From contig JBGASW010000002.1 in the NCBI GenBank assembly GCA_044229475.1, positions 743,517-807,516 on the forward strand: 64,000 bases of DNA. Direction: 5' to 3'. Below, piece by piece: positions 58,765 to 64,000 of this stretch. The position numbers and the translations under genes were made by a program. Under the pieces are notes generated by a model, which was not told the origin of the DNA, did not search any database, and saw only the letters and a list, made by a program, of their open reading frames with translations. The DNA comes from Thermoanaerobaculia bacterium. GTDB taxonomy: Bacteria; Acidobacteriota; Thermoanaerobaculia; UBA5066. Numbering within the stretch: position 1 is the stretch's first letter; each line of letters starts with the position of its first letter.

Positions 58765-59664
58765 TCAGGGTCTGAGAAGAACCTTCAGGACTCCCGGGCG
58801 CCCAGCCTCGCGGAGCGCGCGAACCGCCTGGCCGAGCGGGAATTCCGACGAAAGGAGGAAGAGGACGTCCGCTCTTTTCATTCGAAGGAATTCGAGCGCC
58901 GGTTCGAAGCGCCCGCAGCGTGAACCCACGACGGTGACCTCGTTCACGACGAGCGGCGCGGCGTCGAAACGGGCGGGCGCGTGATGCGTCGACTTCCAGA
59001 CGATCGTTCCGCGCGGTTTCACGAGAGCCAGGGCGCGCGGCATCCCCGCGGGCGAGCCCGTGGCCTCGACGACGAGGTCGAACGACGCGGCCTTCGCTCG
59101 CGTCGTGCGACCGAGAAGAGCGACGTCGGCGCCCGCAGTCCCCAGCACGGCCGCAGCGAGGCGCCCGAGCTTGCCGGGCCCGAGGACAGCCGCGCGCGTT
59201 CCGGACGGCACCGCGACCTGGTCGAGGATCTCGCAGGCGGCCGCGAGCGGCTCGACGAAGACGGCCTCTTCGTCGGCGACGCCCGGCGGAACCTCGAAGA
59301 GATTCGCCTCGGGAAGGGTCAGCCACTCGGCGTGCGCGCCCGCGTGGCCGCGGATGCCGAGGACCGTGCGCGTCGGGCAGTGGCGCCCAAGTCCCTGCGC
59401 GCACCATGAGCACAGTCCGCACGCGAGGTTGATCTCGCCGACGACGCGCTTGCCGAGCCACGGCGACGCCGCCGGCCCTTCGACGATGCCGACGAACTCG
59501 TGGCCGGGGATTCCCGAGAAGCCGTGGTATCCGCGCTTCAGCTCGAGATCGGTGTTGCAGATCCCGGAAAGAAGGATCCGGACGAGCGCGAAGCCCTTCC
59601 GCGGCGAGGGCCGCCGCACGTCGCGGACAGCGGCCCTGCCATTGTCGAAGACGAGAGCGCGCAT
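58765..59664 (-). CDS. Zinc-dependent alcohol dehydrogenase-like oxidoreductase (MDR family)
   Basis: Start ATG rc 59662-59664 (MRALVFDNG...). Zinc ligands GHEFVG and CGLCSWC. NAD fold [11 protein letters not shown]. Carries two AT-rich motif copies on its coding strand. Confidence 0.8.
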   Translation of the reverse strand: MRALVFDNGRAAVRDVRRPSPRKGFALVRILLSGICNTDLELKRGYHGFSGIPGHEFVGIVEGPAASPWLGKRVVGEINLACGLCSWCAQGLGRHCPTRTVLGIRGHAGAHAEWLTLPEANLFEVPPGVADEEAVFVEPLAAACEILDQVAVPSGTRAAVLGPGKLGRLAAAVLGTAGADVALLGRTTRAKAASFDLVVEATGSPAGMPRALALVKPRGTIVWKSTHHAPARFDAAPLVVNEVTVVGSRCGRFEPALEFLRMKRADVLFLLSSEFPLGQAVRALREAGRPGVLKVLLRP

Positions 59665-59672
59665 GGTGCCTC

Positions 59673-60701
59673 TCAGGAGCCGGGCTTGCGGGCGCCGCCC
59701 AGCGGGCGGCGGAACATGTCGAAGAGTTCGCGTCGCGAGACGGGCTTCGGAGGCTCGACGGGCGGCTGCGGAGCAGGCGCCTCCGCCGGCTGGTAGGCGC
59801 GGGCCGCCTCGGCGGGAAAGAGGCGGGCGCGCACCGTGTCCCAGACGATTTCGCCGAGGCCGAGCTGCGGGGAGAAGCCGAGCGTCTGCCAGGCTTTCTC
59901 CATGTCGGCGATGCGGGGCGGGCGCGCCGCATCGCCCTGCACGGTCAGCCGGCACTCGAGAGCCGCGCGCACCGCGAGTGCGCGAACGACCTCGGACGGC
60001 TTCACGGCGAGGCCGAAGCCGAGGTTCACGATCTCGCCGATCGGGCGCTTTCGCAGCGCGAAGAGGGTGCCGCGCACGACGTCCTGCGGGTGCACGAAGT
60101 CACGCGGCGCGTCGTCCGGCAGGAAGACCTCCTCGCCGGCGAGGAGAGCCTCGAGGGCGTCGATGGGGAAGCGCGAGGGCCCGGCGCCCGGTCCGGCCGC
60201 GGCGAAGACGCGCAGGATCACGAAGGGAAGCCCCGACGCGAGAAACGCTTCCTCCTCGGCGGCCTTCGCGAGGAGATCGCGGTCCTCGCCCGGTTCGATC
60301 GGCTCGTCCTCGCGCGCGCGGAGGCCCGTCGCGTCCCGGGGGCCGTAGAGCGCGGCGTCCGAGAGATGGACGACGACGCCGACGCCGGCTTGCCGGGAGG
60401 CCTCGACGAGCGGGCCGAGGCCCGCGGAGTCGAGCGGGAGGCGCATCGCGTTGACGACGGCGGCGGGGCGGTGCTCGGCGAAAACCCCCTCGAGGAGGTC
60501 CGCGTCCGTTCCGTCCCCTCGGACGACCGTCAGGCGCGGGTGGCGCCTCACGGAGGCGGCCCGTTCTTCCTTCAGCGCGCGGCCCTCGCCCGCGTCGTCG
60601 AACGTGTCGAGCAGGAAGACGTCCTCGCCCGCACCGAGAAGCTGGCGGGCGATGGCGGCGCCGAGAAATCCCGCGCCTCCGGCGACGAGGACGCGGCTCA
60701 C
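59673..60701 (-). CDS. NAD-dependent epimerase/dehydratase family protein
   Basis: [26 protein letters not shown] region. Confidence 0.8.
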   Translation of the reverse strand: MSRVLVAGGAGFLGAAIARQLLGAGEDVFLLDTFDDAGEGRALKEERAASVRRHPRLTVVRGDGTDADLLEGVFAEHRPAAVVNAMRLPLDSAGLGPLVEASRQAGVGVVVHLSDAALYGPRDATGLRAREDEPIEPGEDRDLLAKAAEEEAFLASGLPFVILRVFAAAGPGAGPSRFPIDALEALLAGEEVFLPDDAPRDFVHPQDVVRGTLFALRKRPIGEIVNLGFGLAVKPSEVVRALAVRAALECRLTVQGDAARPPRIADMEKAWQTLGFSPQLGLGEIVWDTVRARLFPAEAARAYQPAEAPAPQPPVEPPKPVSRRELFDMFRRPLGGARKPGS

Positions 60702-61870
60702 GGCGCCGGGGTCGGGACGGGCGCCTTCTGCGCGTCCTCGTAGCGCTTCTGGATCCCCGACTTCTGCCGGTCGCGGACCAGCCAGCGCAGCGTCTTGCTC
60801 TCGTTGATCCCGACGAGGATGTCGTTGATCGCGTCCGCGACGGACGGGTCCGCGATGAGGCGGCCTGCGGTCCCGTCCGAGGAGTCGAGCTTCGCGGCGA
60901 CGTTCGCGAGGTGCGAGGAGAGCTTCCTCAGGTCGTCCGTGAACTCCTTCGCGAACGCCTCGTCCTTGACGAGCTTCGGGAGGAGCCCGCTTCCGCCGGA
61001 GAGGTCCTTCGAGAAGGACGCGAGAGAGTCCGCGGTCGTCTTGAGGGAGTCGACCATCGCGAAGAACTTCTTCTTCCCTTCCGGGTCGGAGAGGAGCGCG
61101 GGGACGAGGCCCTCGCCCGTGGCGGTGCCCTTCTCGACCGTCGCGAGGATGCGGTTGAGCGAGGCCGTCGCGCCCTTGAGTTCCGCGAGGACGTCGTCCG
61201 CCGCCTTCTCGTCGTGCAGAAGCCGCCCGACGAGGCCCCGGCCCTGACGGACGTCGACGACGAGGCCGTTCAGGTTGTCGAGCGTCTGGCGGAGCGACTT
61301 CGAGAGCTCCGCGCCGTTCTTGGTCTCCGACGTGATCTCGCCGAGGAAACCCTCGCCCTTTTCCGTGCGGCCGAGGATGTTCTTGAGCGACTTCGAGATC
61401 GCGACGACGTTGTCCACGAGATCGCCCGATCCCGCGAGGATCTTGTCGAGCTCGGCGCCGCGGAACGCGATGATCTCGTGGTCGGGATCGAGGTCGGGCT
61501 TGTCGGGCGAGCCGGGCGTCACCTCGAGGTACTTGTCGCCGAGGAGGCCGATCGTCTTGATCTCCGCGCGGCTGTCCGTCTTGACGAGGTGCTGGTACCG
61601 GCGCTCGATGTCGAAATGGACGGTCAGGTCCTGGCCGGGGGCACGCGGGACGTCGATGTCGCGCACCGCGCCCACGACGACGCCGGCGAGGCGAACCTGG
61701 TTGCCCGGCAGCAGCCCCTGGGAGTTGGGGAAGCGCGCGAAATACGACGTGCGCCTCACGAAGAACCCCTTTGTCCCGCCGATGAACAGCAGCGCCCCCG
61801 CGAGGAGGATGAACGACGCGAAGAGGATGACCCCGACGCGCGTCTTCGTCCGGATGTCGGCTCTCACCAT
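60698..61870 (-). CDS. MCE/MlaD-family protein with long helical C-terminal extension
   Basis: N-terminal TM helix. MCE domain LLPGNQVRLAGVVVGAVRDID... ATGA overlap with the epimerase. Confidence 0.85.
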   Translation of the reverse strand: MVRADIRTKTRVGVILFASFILLAGALLFIGGTKGFFVRRTSYFARFPNSQGLLPGNQVRLAGVVVGAVRDIDVPRAPGQDLTVHFDIERRYQHLVKTDSRAEIKTIGLLGDKYLEVTPGSPDKPDLDPDHEIIAFRGAELDKILAGSGDLVDNVVAISKSLKNILGRTEKGEGFLGEITSETKNGAELSKSLRQTLDNLNGLVVDVRQGRGLVGRLLHDEKAADDVLAELKGATASLNRILATVEKGTATGEGLVPALLSDPEGKKKFFAMVDSLKTTADSLASFSKDLSGGSGLLPKLVKDEAFAKEFTDDLRKLSSHLANVAAKLDSSDGTAGRLIADPSVADAINDILVGINESKTLRWLVRDRQKSGIQKRYEDAQKAPVPTPAP

Positions 61871-61892
61871 CGGGAAGGCTGCTCCGCGCCCA

Positions 61893-62669
61893 TCATGCCA
61901 AAGACTGCCCGGCCGAGAGGAATTCCCTGAGTTCGGGCACGTCCGAGGCCTTCGCCTCCTCCGGCGTGCCCGTGAAGGCGAACCGGGCGTTCTTGAGGAA
62001 GGTGATGCGGTCCGCGACGAAGAGCGCCGACACGATGTCGTGCGTCACGACGACCGACGTCGTCCCGAGGCGCGTGTTCAGGTCCTTGATGAGCCGGTTG
62101 ATCGTCATGGACGTGACGGGGTCGAGGCCGGTCGTGGGCTCGTCGTAGAGGAGCACCTCGGGCTTGAGAGCGACCGTGCGCGCGAGCGAGACGCGCTTCT
62201 TCATCCCGCCCGAGAGCGAGGAGGGAAGCAGGCGCTCGACGTCCCTTCCGAGGTTCACGAAGCCGAGGACCTCCGCGACGCGTTCGGAAATGCGGTCTTC
62301 GGGCCAGCTCGTGTGCTCGCGCAGGGCGAAGGCGATGTTCTCGAAGACCGTCATCGAGTCGAAGAGCGCGCCGCTCTGGAAGAGCATGCCGACCTTCTTG
62401 CGGACGGGGACGAGGGATTCCTCGGGCAGGTGCGCGATCTCCTCGCCGTCCACCCACACCTCTCCCGCGTCGGGCTGCTCGAGGCCGTTCATGTGCCGGA
62501 GGGACACGGACTTGCCGGTGCCCGAGCCCCCGAGGATCACGAGCACCTCGCCGCGCCTGACCTCGAGGTCCACCTCGTCGAGGACCTTCTTCTGGCCGTA
62601 GGCCTTGGACACGCCCTTGAACTCGATGATCGGCGCCCCCGCGGGCATCCCCGTCCGGAGGATGCGCAT
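61893..62669 (-). CDS. ABC transporter ATP-binding protein, MlaF-like
   Basis: Start ATG rc 62667-62669. Walker A GGSGTGKS, signature LSGGMKKRVSLAR, Walker B LLYDEPTTGLD. Confidence 0.9.
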   Translation of the reverse strand: MRILRTGMPAGAPIIEFKGVSKAYGQKKVLDEVDLEVRRGEVLVILGGSGTGKSVSLRHMNGLEQPDAGEVWVDGEEIAHLPEESLVPVRKKVGMLFQSGALFDSMTVFENIAFALREHTSWPEDRISERVAEVLGFVNLGRDVERLLPSSLSGGMKKRVSLARTVALKPEVLLYDEPTTGLDPVTSMTINRLIKDLNTRLGTTSVVVTHDIVSALFVADRITFLKNARFAFTGTPEEAKASDVPELREFLSAGQSLA

Positions 62670-62692
62670 GACGCCGGTCTCGGAGAGCGGTC

Positions 62693-63535
62693 TCACTTGA
62701 GGCCCAGGGGGAGCAGGAGGAAGAGCTTCGTCAGGAAGAAGTCCGACATGAGGACGACGATCGCCGCGATGACGACGGCGACCGTCGTCGCGCGCCCGAC
62801 GCCGTCGGCGCCGCCCGTCGCGTTCAGGCCGTTGTAGCAGCCGATGATGCCGATCTCGAATCCGAAGAACGGCGTCTTGAAGAGGCCGTGGAGGATGTCG
62901 TTCACGTGCACGGACTGCGAGACCGTGGAGAGGTAGAACGAGGCGCCGATCTTCAGGTCGACGACGGCGATGAAGAGGCCGCCGACCATCCCGATGAAGT
63001 CCGCGAGGAGGGTCAGGATGGGCAGCATGAGCGTCACGGCGAGGACGCGGGGGAGGACGAGCTTTCGCGCCGGGGAGGCGCCGAGGGCGCGCAGGGCGTC
63101 CACCTGCTCGGTGACGGCCATCGTCCCGAGCTCCGCCGTGATGCCGGCGCCCACGCGCGCCGCGACCATGAGCGCCGTGAGCGAGGGGCCGAGCTCGCGC
63201 GTGATCGAGAGGACGACGACGCGGCCCACGAAGAGCTTGCCGCCGAACTGCGAGAGCGCGGAGGCCGTCTGGAGCGCGAGGACCATGCCCGTGAAGAGAG
63301 CCGTGAGGTTCGTGATCGAGATGGACTGAACGCCGAGGGCGTCCATCTGGCGGAGGATCTCGGACGTCTCCCACTTCTCCCGTGACGCGCGCACGAGGTC
63401 CCGGACCAGCCAGGCGACGCCGCCGAGATGGAAGGAGACGTTCCCGAACCAGCGCCTGAGACGCGCCATCTTCCAGAGCGGCTCCTTGAGGACGGCGATG
63501 TACTGGGTCGTCGAGTCGTACTGGGGCTGGGCCAC
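62693..63535 (-). CDS. ABC transporter permease, MlaE-like
   Basis: 280 aa. Five or more TM helices. Conserved ...ELGPSLTALMVAARVGAGITAELGTM. Confidence 0.85.
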   Translation of the reverse strand: MAQPQYDSTTQYIAVLKEPLWKMARLRRWFGNVSFHLGGVAWLVRDLVRASREKWETSEILRQMDALGVQSISITNLTALFTGMVLALQTASALSQFGGKLFVGRVVVLSITRELGPSLTALMVAARVGAGITAELGTMAVTEQVDALRALGASPARKLVLPRVLAVTLMLPILTLLADFIGMVGGLFIAVVDLKIGASFYLSTVSQSVHVNDILHGLFKTPFFGFEIGIIGCYNGLNATGGADGVGRATTVAVVIAAIVVLMSDFFLTKLFLLLPLGLK

Positions 63536-63579
63536 GGGAGGATTCTACGGGGCGGGCCCCGGCTCGTTACACTCGCGGC

Positions 63580-64000
63580 GTGCCGGCCGGCCTTCGTGAC
63601 GCCCTCGTGACGACCTGGGGATGGGCGAACATCGCCGTCTCGACGGCGCTCTTCGGCACGCTCGCCATCCTGACCTCGTGGGTGCCGCCCCGCGGCCGGC
63701 TCTACCTCTTCTGGGCGCGCCACTGGGCGAAGAGCCTCCTCTGGCTCAACCGCATTCCCGCCCGGATCGAGATCGCCGAGGAAGCCGCCGCCCTCCCGCA
63801 GGCGATCTACATGTCGAACCACGAGTCCGGGATCGACATCCTGCTCCTCCTCCTCGCGATCCGGCAGGACGTGCGGTTCCTCGCCAAGCGCGAGCTCTTC
63901 TTCGTGCCGTTCATGGGCTGGTCCATGTGGCTCGCGGGCTTCGTGCCCGTGGACCGCCGCCGGACGGACAAGGCCCGGGACGTCCTTTCGAGCCTGGACC
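63580..64000 (+). CDS. 1-acyl-sn-glycerol-3-phosphate acyltransferase (PlsC family), N-terminal part, runs off window end
   Basis: GTG start. Acyltransferase HX4D motif NHESGID plus FVPFMGW and PVDR. Confidence 0.7.
   Translation, partial: MPAGLRDALVTTWGWANIAVSTALFGTLAILTSWVPPRGRLYLFWARHWAKSLLWLNRIPARIEIAEEAAALPQAIYMSNHESGIDILLLLLAIRQDVRFLAKRELFFVPFMGWSMWLAGFVPVDRRRTDKARDVLSSLD

Noticed and set aside
57398-59932. Upstream part of minus ORF 56468..59932
   Set aside because: No stop codon by chance. Real genes here are UXS (56468-57397), ugd and the Zn-ADH in other frames
1-64000. CRISPR arrays, tRNA/rRNA genes, transposases, integrases, prophage or defence-system genes
   Set aside because: No direct-repeat/spacer architecture, no cloverleaf-like conserved tRNA segments, no recombinase or phage-structural homologs. 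The dispersed motif copies are too short, unevenly spaced and often convergent, unlike a CRISPR array

Overview
High-GC (roughly 70%+) bacterial chromosomal segment with about 55 protein-coding genes on both strands. I found no rRNA, tRNA, CRISPR array, transposase, integrase or phage genes. Gene content points to a Gram-negative soil-type organism, possibly Acidobacteriota-like: a carboxypeptidase-regulatory-domain TonB-dependent receptor, a LamG secreted protein, CHAD and CBM9-like proteins, an Mla-like lipid transporter and an EPS/O-antigen cluster. This taxonomic guess is tentative.

Recognisable blocks, in window order:
- partial ABC ATPase, then glutamate dehydrogenase
- PEP/pyruvate-binding-domain protein, 4-bp coupled to an ECF sigma, anti-sigma and bactofilin-like membrane protein
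- 3-hydroxybutyryl-CoA dehydrogenase and a TPR protein
- TonB-dependent receptor behind a near-consensus sigma70 promoter
- translationally coupled lipid-type operon: FabG, KASIII-like, alpha/beta-hydrolase, acyl-AMP ligase, and two more alpha/beta-hydrolases
- TetR, aminotransferase, membrane protein plus small wHTH regulator, proS, MBL hydrolase
- LamG secreted protein and malic enzyme maeB
- EPS cluster: GT2, GT4, priming sugar transferase, and O-antigen ligase-TPR
- SAM methyltransferase, mutY, and CBM9-like/CHAD proteins
- NitT/TauT-type ABC transporter, PAS-GGDEF-EAL, GNAT and a second methyltransferase
- uvrA, FHA-RDD protein, a giant secreted protein, a Ser/Thr kinase coupled to a FadL-like outer-membrane channel, and a degenerate-GGDEF membrane protein
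- UDP-xylose-type nucleotide-sugar genes: UXS, ugd, Zn-ADH and an epimerase
- MlaD/F/E-like operon and a partial PlsC acyltransferase

The most unusual signal is a dispersed, degenerate AT-rich motif family with core TTTCTTNGAAGG (variants such as TTCCTTCGAATGAA and TTTCTTCGAGTG). There are at least 25-30 copies. They are usually convergent inverted pairs 60-160 bp apart. They sit in-frame inside unrelated CDSs, around two start codons, in a promoter spacer, and supplying one stop codon. The motif stands out sharply against the GC-rich background. It behaves like an RPE/MITE-like or uptake-signal-like DNA/RNA-level element, not a protein-level feature.

Other notable points are homopolymeric C10 and G12 tracts at phase-variation-type positions, a KASIII-like enzyme with a degenerate catalytic triad, and several 4-bp overlapping (ATGA/GTGA) gene junctions.
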